A DNA stretch of 64,000 nucleotides, taken from positions 56,916,001 to 56,980,000 of the forward strand of contig OZ241832.1 of the NCBI GenBank assembly GCA_965202585.1, written 5' to 3'. The notes below the pieces were generated by a model. It searched no databases, had not been told where the DNA came from, and saw only the letters and a list, made by a program, of their open reading frames with translations. The translations under genes and the position numbers were made by a program. Shown piece by piece: positions 12,790-23,176 of the stretch; within the stretch, counting starts at the first letter, position 1; every line of letters begins with the position of its first letter. Source of the stretch: Thalia democratica. Its lineage: Eukaryota.

Positions 12790-13009
12790 GGGTTGATCAT
12801 ACCAATTCAATCATCAGACCACAAGCTGTCAGTAGACTAACGTAAAAGACAGGCAGATGGTTGCTTCATGCTTGCATGTATAAACCGTTTGTAGATTGAT
12901 GACTGCAAGTTATTTGGTTGAGGCTGCCTGATGAGTCTTAATCAGGACAAAACCGGTCTCAGTCTACCAAGGGCTTGTGGTCTGATGATCAAATTGGTAT
13001 GATCAACCC
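12790..13009 (+). mobile_element. Hammerhead-containing short element with inverted termini, copy 1 (Penelope-like pLTR / retrozyme-like)
   Basis: Left GGGTTGATCATACCAATTCAATCATCAGACCACAAGC matches the reverse complement of the right end at 35/37, with the match extending patchily to ~50 nt. No TSD seen. Homologous to 38548-38800. Confidence 0.75.
12914..12970 (+). ncRNA. Type I minimal hammerhead ribozyme fold, degenerate (G12A; stem I closing mismatch)
   Basis: GGCTGC-CTGATGA-GTCT TAATCA GGAC-AAAAC CG GTC-TCAGTC: core CUGAUGA at 12928-12934, stem II, palindromic stem III ACCGGT, GUC triplet at 12956-12958, and stem I extended by TTGGT/ACCAA. Confidence 0.7.
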
Positions 13010-13338
13010 ATTTGTTAAACTTGAGCTTTGTCTTGTTCTCATACAAATGTCCAGGCTTCTGATCTGCAGTCTTTTGCCTATGTTTTTGTTGTTTATGCTA
13101 TAAAATTAACAATTATTTACAATTAATAACAATTATTTACAACTAATAAATTTCCAACATTACTACTGTTTATAACTAAGTTAAAATTATACATAAAAAA
13201 GTTTGTGAAGCATTGCTTATAAACTGTGAAAGGTAAACTGCTTTTTTTTGTCCTTTCAAAAGATAATACTTGATTTTCTACTTAATTATCTATAATTTGA
13301 ATTAAAAAAGCTGTTACAAACAACTACTATCTAAGTAA

Positions 13339-13957
13339 GGGCATAGGGTGTTCAACATTTTTTTAAAATAAAAATAATATTAGCTCTTATATGAAAGCTT
13401 AAAGTTTTTATAACCACAAGCGAGTTTTTATATATTAAAAATCATATTTAACTTTCATGATATTGTGATTTTGTGAAAAGTTCCCGATATAAACTATGGA
13501 TCGCAATTTTTTTGTGATCAATTTATTTGAAATTTAAAAAATCACAAAAAATTTATCTGGTCCTTTATTTTTTGAGCTAGAAACCTCAAATTTTTAGAAA
13601 AATAATTTCCCTTATATTTTAAAAGACTTATAAGGATGCAGTAAACAAAAATGGATAAAAAATATAGGTGGATTTTTTTTTTAATAAAATTTTATTCTTT
13701 AAATAAAAAAGATTCTTGCATTAAATATTTTTTAATTTTAATTTGGATTTCTGTGAAAATTTAAAGAAAATTGATTAAATATGAAGAAGATAGATTTTTG
13801 ATGAGAAAGTCTTTTTTTGTGTTTTTGGTTTGAGCCTTCCCTTAAAAACCTTTAAAGGTCACTGATTTTTTATAAGGGGTTTTAATGTCTGATTGAGCAG
13901 ATAAAACTTAATAAAATAAGATCAACTTGTAAAAATCTAGGTGGACCCCCTATGTCC
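13339..13957. mobile_element. TTAA-associated non-autonomous element (Kolobok-like termini GGGCATAGGG)
   Basis: Left GGGCATAGGGTG, right reverse complement GGACATAGGGGG. Flanks are GTAA and TTAA (one TSD degenerate). Same termini as 14798-15467. Confidence 0.6.
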
Positions 13958-14797
13958 TTAATTGTTTACAAATAAACTCAGGTTGAAAAAAGTGCCTTTC
14001 TTATTTTTTTATAATTTTGGTTATTATTTGTTGTTTTAAAATTTTTTATTTATATTTACTTAAACTAACAAGAATGTTTATACATATTTATAAATAATAA
14101 AATAACTTGGAAAAGTTCATCAAATATTTTTTATAAAAAAATCCAAATGATATCATGCTTGTTAAAAAATCTAGTTTTTATTTCAAACTTTAGATTGTTG
14201 TATCAGTACTATAGCTTTAGTTAAAACAACTTATAACAAAGAAATTGATTGAAAAACAACTTGATTGAAAAAAAAAGTTTTCAATAAAATCAAAATCATT
14301 TAAAGTAGTCATTTAGTCTCTTTTCAGTAATTTTCAAAAATAACAAAACACTTTTCTCTTAAGTTGAATTTTGTACTAAAAAGGGACAAGAATTTGGGTA
14401 GGGAACCCTAAAATATATATTTTTATATCTCTTAAATCAATATTTTTTGCTTTTTAATGACTTATTTAAAATTGAAGTAATAATAGTTAAAATTTGAAAA
14501 AAGCAAAATTTGATTCTTTATAAAGTTTTGGATTTTTTATAAGTATTCTCAAGAATTTTGTAAACGTTGATTGAGGAAGCATACTTTTACAGCTATGCTC
14601 TTTGTGGTATTTAACTTTAGAATAGCAATATAAAAATCCGGTTTTCCCAAACTCCTTTTTCAGAAAGTTATAAAATAATTATACCCTACCCCTTAATTAC
14701 AAACTCTAGAATTTCTACTGTAAGTTAGTTGTTACTGCCATGCTAGTCATTACCCAAAGTTTCAATTTGTTACTTAAAATTAAACTTTGTAATTTAA

Positions 14798-15467
14798 GGG
14801 CATAGGGGGGGGTAAACACCCTTTTTTGGTTTCTCATCTTAATTTATATAGTTTTTACTAAGCTACAAGATGCTTTTTACAGATTTAAAAAATTCAAAAT
14901 ATTTTTTGAGATATAGCCAGTCAAAGTTGGAGCCAACAATAGGTACCTTATGGGAGGCGCAAACTAAAACGGCAAATAACTAGAAATCACTAAAAACCTA
15001 TCTTCTCCTACGTTTTTTGAGATAACTACCTCAAATTTTCAGGAAATGTTCCTTGCAGTATTTAGAAAATTCTGTCGGAACAGAATTTAAAAAAATTAAA
15101 AAATAAAAATTTTATAACAAACAAACAAAAAAAAACTGTTTTTATGTTTATTTTTTATATAAAATTTTTATTTTACATTTTTTTCAAAATTCCTTCCAAC
15201 AGAATTTTCTAAATATATCAAGGAACATTTCCTGAAAGTTTGAGGTAGTTATCTCAAAAAATGTAGGAGAAGATAGATTTTTAGTAAAATAGCTTATTTT
15301 TGCTGTTTTAGATTGCGCCTCCCATAAGGAACCTATTGTTGGCTCCAACTTTATCTCAAAAATTATTTTGAATTTTTTAAATCTGTAAAAAGCATCTTGT
15401 AGCTTAGTAAAAACTATATAAAATAAGATGAAAAACCAAAAAAGGGTGTTTAACCCCCCCTATGCCC
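14798..15467. mobile_element. Near-perfect palindromic MITE (670 bp) with TTAA TSD (Kolobok-like)
   Basis: TTAA|GGGCATAGGGGGGGG...CCCCCCCTATGCCC|TTAA. Arms of ~320 bp are reverse-complementary almost to the centre (~15120). Confidence 0.9.
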
Positions 15468-16714
15468 TTAAAAGGAGACTACTTGAAATATTAAGGAAAA
15501 GTATTTCCAACAATTTTTCATATGCTGAACTTTTTTAAGTAACCAACTTTTGTTCCTTATATCTTAAAACCGATTTAAAGTCTTTTTTAAGTTTGTAGAT
15601 GAGATGAAAGTTTAATAAATTATACAGATTTGTAAAAAACTAGTTATACCTGCCATAAATACTACAAAGCTGTTTATTCAATAACTTTGGATAAGTTTGG
15701 CTAGTTTGAAATTTTTTAAAAGCTTAGCTTGACTCTGACTAACTCAAGCAAGTTTAAATAGTTAGTTTAAACTTATTGAAAAACTTAGGCTGACTTAAGC
15801 TAGTTTTTATACGTTTTATTAATTTAAGAGTAGTTTATTTGATTTTAAGAATTTATTTTTTAGCCCTTTTGTTATTATTTTGGTATTTTTAGATATTTAA
15901 GCTTGAGTAATAGTATTAAATACTTGAAGTTTAAATTGAAGAATTATTTCACTCATGATAATTTTTTATTTTGCATTCTTTTAAAGCTGGCTAGTTTTTG
16001 TTTATTCAGCCTTGATTTTTAACTTAAAGAGTGGCAACCCTCTTACTAAGTTCTAAATATTTATATCACTAAATAATATTAAAACTAAAATTATTACCAA
16101 ATAAAACTTTCAATCAAGGATGCAACACACTCAAGCTAGTTTATTTTATTTTGGATTATAAGTTTTTTAAATTTAGTAGTATGTTTTTTAGTTATTGACT
16201 AATTCTTATTATTTTCTCATTAACCCAGGCCAACTCAGGCTGGTATTTGGTCTCTCAAGCTGACTTTTTTGAACTCAAATAGTGGCAACAATTAGGTAAT
16301 ATTTTTTAAGTTAAAAATCAACAGAAGTTTAAATTTTTTTTTTATAGAAGCAAAGTAGTAAAATAGTTTATGTTGTATTAATGACAAGAAACTATTTTAT
16401 GGTTACAAATTACAACAACTTGACAAAAAAACATAGTTACAGACAGGTTGTAATTCAATTAAATAATGCATTACAATGTCTTATATATAAATTTTAGTTT
16501 GTCAAACTACCTTTTTATCTGATACTTAAATTAACAATTAAAAAGAAAAAAAATCTTTGATAACTAAATAAGTTGTAGTTGTGTGCCTTTTTTATAATTA
16601 AGCTGAAATTTAAATTGAATTTAAATATACTTAAATACCTTGCTAGACATGTTAAAATTTTGTTCAGCTAAAACCATTTGGCAACACTTTACAATTCAAA
16701 ACAGAAAGTTAAAC

Positions 16715-17977
16715 ATGGTAAAAAAATTAACTGAAGTCTCCATGGAGAACTTCAAAAACACTAATGAAAAATTCACAATTTTAGCAACAACTCCAACCGG
16801 GTTTGAAAGGTCAGCCGCCGGGGAAGTAAACTCAAAAATAGAAACGAGCAACTGTGAGATTATGCAGGGAAAAGTTTACTTCCAGGCCACCAAAAGCACG
16901 CTTGCGCAGATCCACAAGCTCAAGTCTGTTGACAACCTTTTCCTGGTTGTCAAGCACATTCCAAACTACGTTTACAATGAGGACAAGGAGAAAGCGCTGG
17001 CTGATCTGTTCCAGCTCCCCCTTGACATTCCCTGGGAAAACGTCGTGGACCTGTGGAACCTCAACAAAGAGCACTGCAACAAAAAAGCCAAAAAGTCAAT
17101 GAAGCCCAAACCAGATGAAAATGCACAGGACAAAAACCAAGACTCAGGGGATGCTGACGTTCCATTGAAGAAGAAGAAATCAAATGAGGTTTCCTTCCGT
17201 GTCAGCGCAACCAGGGTTGGCAAGAAGCAGAGTTTCATCTCCCCCGAAGCTGAGAGAACCTTTGGAGGGTCCCTAAACGACCACACCCACTGGAAAGTGG
17301 ACCTGTCAAACTACGACCTGGAAGTCAACCTGATACTGGGAATGGACCATGTGATGATCACGTTGTCATTGACAACCAGCAGCCTGCACAGGAGGAACAT
17401 CACCCACTTTGGAATCACCACCCTGCGCGGCACCATTGCCTACAACTTGGCCAGGCTGTGCAACATCAAGACGGGAGATGTTGTGTTGGACCCGATGTGC
17501 GGGACGGGTTGCATATCAATTGAGGCGGCTTCAGAGTGGCAGGGCTCGTTCCAAATCGCAGCCGACAACGCTCACCCGGCCATTGTGAGGTCAAGAGCAA
17601 ACTTTGACCACTTGAACAAGCAAGCGGGTCACGTGACTTACCTTGCTGACGTGATGCAGTGGGACGTGACAAACCTCCCCTGGAGAAATGACTCCATCGA
17701 CGTCATAGTGACAGACATGCCGTTTGGGAAGAGGGTGGGGTCCAAGCAGGACAACAGGAAGCTGTACCCGAGCACATTGCTGGAGCTGTCCAGAGTGGCA
17801 AGGGTGGGCGTGGCCAGGGCGTGCTTCCTGACCAGGGACAAGAGGAGCATGGGAATGGCCATCGCCAAGTGCAAGAAGTACTGGAAGTGCAGGGAGCAGT
17901 TCTTCATCAACATTGGCGGGTTGAAGGCTTGCGTCTACCTGATGAACCGCACTGCTGAGACTTACCAGGTAGAATAA
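16715..17977 (+). CDS. THUMPD3: THUMP domain-containing tRNA (guanine-N2)-methyltransferase, single coding exon (~420 aa; start at ATG 16715 or 16742, not the TTG at 16640)
   Basis: THUMP segment SFRVSATRVGKKQSF...FGG...WKVDL, followed by SLHRRNITHFGITTLR, SAM motif VLDPMCGTG, QWDVTNLP, DVIVTDMPFGKR and C-terminal NIGGLKACVY. All are recognisable THUMPD3/UPF0020 motifs. GC-rich codons. Confidence 0.93.
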   Translation: MVKKLTEVSMENFKNTNEKFTILATTPTGFERSAAGEVNSKIETSNCEIMQGKVYFQATKSTLAQIHKLKSVDNLFLVVKHIPNYVYNEDKEKALADLFQLPLDIPWENVVDLWNLNKEHCNKKAKKSMKPKPDENAQDKNQDSGDADVPLKKKKSNEVSFRVSATRVGKKQSFISPEAERTFGGSLNDHTHWKVDLSNYDLEVNLILGMDHVMITLSLTTSSLHRRNITHFGITTLRGTIAYNLARLCNIKTGDVVLDPMCGTGCISIEAASEWQGSFQIAADNAHPAIVRSRANFDHLNKQAGHVTYLADVMQWDVTNLPWRNDSIDVIVTDMPFGKRVGSKQDNRKLYPSTLLELSRVARVGVARACFLTRDKRSMGMAIAKCKKYWKCREQFFINIGGLKACVYLMNRTAETYQVE

Positions 17978-18955
17978 AACTTGAGTACAATATAAATTTG
18001 AAGTATAAGATACTGTTGTTTTGGTTTTGAATATTAAGTATGAATGATATCAAATTTTAAAATGCAGTGACTTCTTATATAGGTGTATGAATTTTAGTTG
18101 AAGTTATTTTGAGAAATGAAATTGTATAAATTTTTATAAATAGAAATACTAATGTCTATGTTTTAAAAGAGTTGTGAAGTTGTTTTTAAAGCAAGAGGTA
18201 ATTTAAATGTATCGAATTCTAAAAAAATGTATAAAAATTTAGTTTAAAACTGTTTTAACATCTTTTTTAATTGTTTTAGTCTTGCACTGGTAACTTGTTA
18301 TTGTGTTTTTTTTTAGTTTTATATAAGTTTTACTTGAATAAGTGTAAGTTTTAAAAAACATTTATATAAAATACCTTGTTCAACACTTTTCTTTGACTTA
18401 ACTATTTACTTAGTTTTAAAATCAGCTGAGAAATTTTATTTAAATAATATTTAAGTTTTTATTGATAAGTATTTTTATTAGTAGGTTAAATTTAGTTTTA
18501 ACAGTTTCAGTTGTAGCTATTTTCTCTTAAAAACTTAGCTGTTTAAGCAAATGAAATTATTAATTAACTTTAATATTATGTATAAGCTTTTTTTTGTTTA
18601 GAAAAATTCTTTTTACCTAAAGGTCTATATAAAAATACTTATTTGTTTTTTTTTTCTTTTTAGTTCATAGAAATACATTTTCCGTGTACTTTAATCTTTT
18701 TTTTTCAAATTAGATGTAATAGTTTTTATGCTAGGAAATTTTTAATATAGTTTACAATTCGTATTTTCTTCTTTAATGTTTAGTTTCTTTAGATAGAATG
18801 CTTGTCAGTAAGTTTTTTGAAACTTTTTTTAATATTAAAATGTAGTTGTTAAAATAACTGTATACATTTTTAAACCATTTTATTTTCAGTATACTTTTTA
18901 AACAATTTTTTGATAATAAATCAGAGTAAAAACACAAAATACATTAAAAGTTGTA

Positions 18956-19990
18956 ATGGATCCATTCGACTTGGACTCTATCATCAGCGTCATCGAGAAG
19001 CTCATCCCTGCTGGAGGAGGTCATGGTGACGTGATTTTCATGGGGCCCGGAATGCCTGGCAACCACGGTGACGGGGAGGAACCGCCTTGCAGCCAGGGAG
19101 ACTGTCAAGGATCATCTCCCCGCGACGATGTGCTCAAAAAGCCCCATCAGAACAACTTCCATCGTCATGGTTTTGGAAACTTTGGTGACGTAATCAGAAG
19201 GGATTTTCCCATGAGGGGTGAGGAGCCTCCGGTTTCCAACAATCAGAGAGACGAAGTTTTGAAGAACCCCTCGGAAATCCAGGACCCCAGGAGACACAAC
19301 ATGCAGGTAAGGGGGCTCCCCAATTTCGATAGCGCTTTCAGGGACGAGTTTGACGAATTCGCTGACATTTTCCTTCCCGATTTCTTCGACCCTTTTTCAC
19401 GTGGACAGAGGCAACATTTCTTCGACGATTTCGGCTCACTGAGGGGCGAAGACCCTTTCGACCCCTTTTCCAACTTCCATAGGCGCCGTCAGAACCCCAG
19501 ACAGGACGTCGACATGGACGAGGGTCAGGGAATTTCCCCGAAAAGCAACTTTTTCAAGCAGGAATCAAGCAGCAACTTCAGTTTCAGGTCGAACGGGTAC
19601 TACAAGAAAACGTCAACCTTTATCGATTCCGACGGCAACAAGCAGGTTACCACGACGACCAGGGACCAGGACGGGGTCGAGAGGGAGGTGGTGGAGCGCC
19701 ACCTGCCGGACGGCACCGTGGAGCGGATCGAGAAGAGCAGCCGTGACGATGATGACGTCACGGCGACGAGGAGCCCCAGGAACGACGTGGTAACCAACCA
19801 GCCGCCATTCGACCCGTACAAGTACCTGAAATACATGAGAAAGCCGCTGTACGACGACAAGATATTCCACCCCGAAATGAAGAAGGAGGAAGTGGACAGC
19901 ATGAAGATGGAGGATTACAAGCACGACGTTGCAAACTCCATCCCGATGACCTTCAAGAAGCTGCTCAAACACTTCCTGCACGGGGATTAG
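18956..19990 (+). CDS. HAX1-like (HCLS1-associated protein X-1 family) protein, single coding exon, 344 aa
   Basis: GC-rich ORF with F/D-rich low-complexity segments, RDxVLKxP motifs (cf. HAX1 RDSMLKYP), R-Q-D-x-D-M-D (cf. REDNDLD), PKSNFFK and C-terminal STFIDSDGNKQVTTTT (cf. TVVDSEGRTETTVT). Family assigned from memory of motifs. Confidence 0.65.
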   Translation: MDPFDLDSIISVIEKLIPAGGGHGDVIFMGPGMPGNHGDGEEPPCSQGDCQGSSPRDDVLKKPHQNNFHRHGFGNFGDVIRRDFPMRGEEPPVSNNQRDEVLKNPSEIQDPRRHNMQVRGLPNFDSAFRDEFDEFADIFLPDFFDPFSRGQRQHFFDDFGSLRGEDPFDPFSNFHRRRQNPRQDVDMDEGQGISPKSNFFKQESSSNFSFRSNGYYKKTSTFIDSDGNKQVTTTTRDQDGVEREVVERHLPDGTVERIEKSSRDDDDVTATRSPRNDVVTNQPPFDPYKYLKYMRKPLYDDKIFHPEMKKEEVDSMKMEDYKHDVANSIPMTFKKLLKHFLHGD

Positions 19991-21233
19991 AATTGTTTGG
20001 ACTGTATTGAGACTATTTGTTCTGCCCGTGTTGACCCTGCAATGTTTTGTTTTATTAAATTTTCTCAAATTTTGTTAACTTTTACAAAGAAATAAACTTG
20101 TCCGCATTATATATAGTTTTTTTTTTCAAATTGTTCGAGTTAAGGTTGATTTACTTAATTAAAAAAAAGTTTTCTGCTTTGAGTAGTAATACTGCTTAAA
20201 GTTTATGTTTGTATAAATAAAAAGTTGCTGCTTTTGTTTTAGTTTAAACTACTTTTAAAACTTTTTGCTCTAGAATTTTGATTTTTTTTTCGAAAACTAT
20301 TAAACTCTATAATTTAAAAATATTTTAACTTAGTATCTAAATATTAAAAAAAGGTTTGGTGTACATCTCTTCGGTTTTTGTAAAATTTAAGAATTTTTTA
20401 ATTGTTAGTTTTACTTTTGTTTTAGTTTCATACTTCTCAGATGGTATTAATGTTTTCGAAATAAGTTCTTAATGATTTTAAACAAATAGTATGTTTGTAT
20501 CTTACGACCCAATTTGATTTGAAAGTTTGATTTCTCCATCAAGATTTTACTAGTAGGCAGTATCACTTCTTTTTTGGGTGGTTAAGGTTATTGGAGGGAA
20601 AAGACTCTTAAATGGTCGGAAAGTTTATTGGGTAGTAAATAAGTAAACAAGCTAAATTATTTTTGCAGTTTCTGCCAAGGGGCAATTATGAAAACTTTTT
20701 GGTAAATCTATTTTACATTAAGTACACCTTTTGTTTAATAAAAAAATAGGATCTTAAAAATTACTGCACAAACGTATAAACATCTTAATTTTTTTTAAAT
20801 AACCTTAATACTTTCAATGGTAAAACAGTAAGTATTAATTTGTTTCTCATTCTTTATTAACAACAACACTTGCTTATTGTTCTACTGAAGTAACACATCA
20901 ATGGAAATGTTTAAATTACAAGCTGATCTATTGTATATCTACGTTATCAATCTTAAACTTAAACCGTGGTTTAAACAAAACTTGAACAAAACTGTGGTTT
21001 ATTACAATATACTCAAATTGAAAAGATTTTTAATGGAAGCTGCAAACAAAATTTAGTAAATAAGAAATAATTAATTAGATAGCTTGTCTCCTATAGTTAT
21101 TTATCAATATTTCTTAACCCCTTGAAAAGTTACACGTTCTTTTTATAAATTTTAGCAGTTCTTCTACCTATAAACAGATATTAAGTTTATTAACAGAAGG
21201 TGTTACAAACAAATGCAGTTAAAATGTTATGTA

Positions 21234-21530
21234 CAGGGTTGCCACAAAACCTGGAAATTAAGAAATGTTGAAAAAAAAAACCTTGAATCTTGAACAAAAT
21301 CACTAAAATACCTTGAATTTTAAACAGTTTTTTTTTAAGTAGTAAAATTATGATTTGACACGAAAATTTTTTTATGTAGAAATTGTTATCATCAAAATTT
21401 AAAAAAAAAAAAAAACTATTCTTACATTACCTTTTCAATGTTTTTATGTTATTTAACACAGATTTAAACTCTTGAATAATATAGACCAAAAAATCTTGAA
21501 GAAATTTCTCAATAACCAGTAGCAACCCTG
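21234..21530. mobile_element. hAT-like MITE (CAGGGTTGCCAC termini)
   Basis: CAGGGTTGCCAC versus GTAGCAACCCTG (11/12 inverted match), with repeated AACCTTGAA subterminal motifs. No intact TSD. Confidence 0.55.
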
Positions 21531-21545
21531 GTACCTAGGAAACTT

Positions 21546-23176
21546 CAGGCTTGCCACATGGTCAGGAAAAAATGGGGTGTTTTGAAAAAAAGTCAGGAAA
21601 TTTGATAAAATTTAAAAAAAAGTCAAATTTTGTCAGTTTAAAAATATAAAATTCTTTATTTCCAAAGCCTTCAAATGTAAAAATTAACTAAAAATCCTTT
21701 AAAGTCAGAAAAAAAATTCCCAAGTTTTCCTATAAATTTACAAAAATATTTAGTATTATTTCCAATGCCTTCATCTGGTATAAATTAGTAAAATATCCTT
21801 TGTAAAACTGCAACATTTTTCTATTAACATATTAAACAAGTACCCTACTTGAACAAGCAGATTTTGTAAGCTTTTTAGTATTGATGATCTGTAGCAAGGA
21901 CACTTCCATAGTGAAACTGAGATATATACACAAAAGTTTATCTAGCACAATTTTAGAATCAAAGTGTTTTTTGTTTAAGTAAATAATTGAGTTCTTTATA
22001 ATTATGCATTTATTTTAGTGTTTTATGTAACAAACTGATGTGTATACTTAAGCTCTTTATAATTCTTTCAAAGTTGTTTAAATTTATAAAATAAGTTATT
22101 AGAGAAGAATGTGCCAAGATTAAGTTTATTTATTATTTGTATTTTTTGTAGAATAACTTAAGTTTTTAAAATAAATATGAGTATATTTATTTGTTACAAA
22201 CTTTTTACTAAATAATTAGAGGAGATGTTTTATACAACACATATATAGTTTACTTTTTTATGTATTTTTTACAATTACTTAAGTATATTCTTTTTTAATT
22301 GATTTTTACTTTAAGAACTTTATATTAATTAGTTTAGGTAGTATTTTATTAAACTAAGTGAACAATTTATATAAGTAAAACATGTTCTAAGTAAATATCT
22401 TTTATCATTAGATATTTTTACCTTCTAGGTTGTTTTACAACTTTTGTACTAAGTCTGACTAAAGTTTACTTTGAAAATTTTTAAAGAATAAGTTCTTTAT
22501 TAATTTAAGGTTTTAATTGTAAAGTTACTTATATGTTGTTTCGTTTATTTAGATACATTTATGCTAGGAAATTTTTAAAAATTGTGTTTTTTATTGTTTT
22601 AAAGTTTTAACTATAAAAAGTTCGTTATTGTTTTAAGATTTAGTTGTGAAAGTTCGTTTAGGGTTTTAATTGTAAAAGTTTCTTATATGTTGTTTCGTTT
22701 ATATAGATACATTAATGCTAGGAAATTGAAAAAAATGTGTTCGTTATTGTTTTAAGATTTTAGTTGTGAAAGTTCGTTTAGGGTTTTAATTGTAAAAGTT
22801 TCTTATATGTTGTTTCGTTTATTTAGATACATGTATGTTAGGAAATGCTAAAAAGTTGAGTCTTTTTTCATACAACCTGTGTTTATAACGTAATAATACA
22901 AGTATTTTGCTAGAGCTGTTTATTGCAAATACATCAACCATACACAGATGGTTCAAGTGATGTAATGGAAGTTTGATGATTAAATTCAGCAAAAAAAAAA
23001 CTTGTTTCAACCTTTATTAAAATTAGATTGAAAACTTTATATAGTTTCAAGTGTTAGATTATGTATTTTAGAATAAGTCTAAATTAAGAGTTTGATTTAG
23101 AAAAGTCAGGGACATTTTGGTAAAAAGTCAGCAAAAAGTCAGAAAATTTTTCTCAGCTTGGTCTGTAGCAACCATG
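21546..23176. mobile_element. Degenerate hAT-like non-autonomous element enclosing a tandem repeat
   Basis: CAGGCTTGCCACA at the left and TGTAGCAACCATG at the right. AAAAGTCAG motifs cluster at both ends (21590-21710 and 23103-23142). No TSD. Confidence 0.4.
22509..22850 (+). repeat. Minisatellite, ~2.6 copies of a 120-153-bp unit
   Basis: GGTTTTAATTGTAAA(A)GTT(A/T)CTTATATGTTGTTTCGTTTAT.TAGATACAT starts at ~22509, ~22662 and ~22782. Confidence 0.85.

Noticed and set aside
16832-19902. Multiple alternative-frame and antisense ORFs over THUMPD3 and the HAX1-like gene (also 19613-20068)
   Set aside because: They are shadow ORFs caused by stop-codon scarcity in GC-rich coding DNA.
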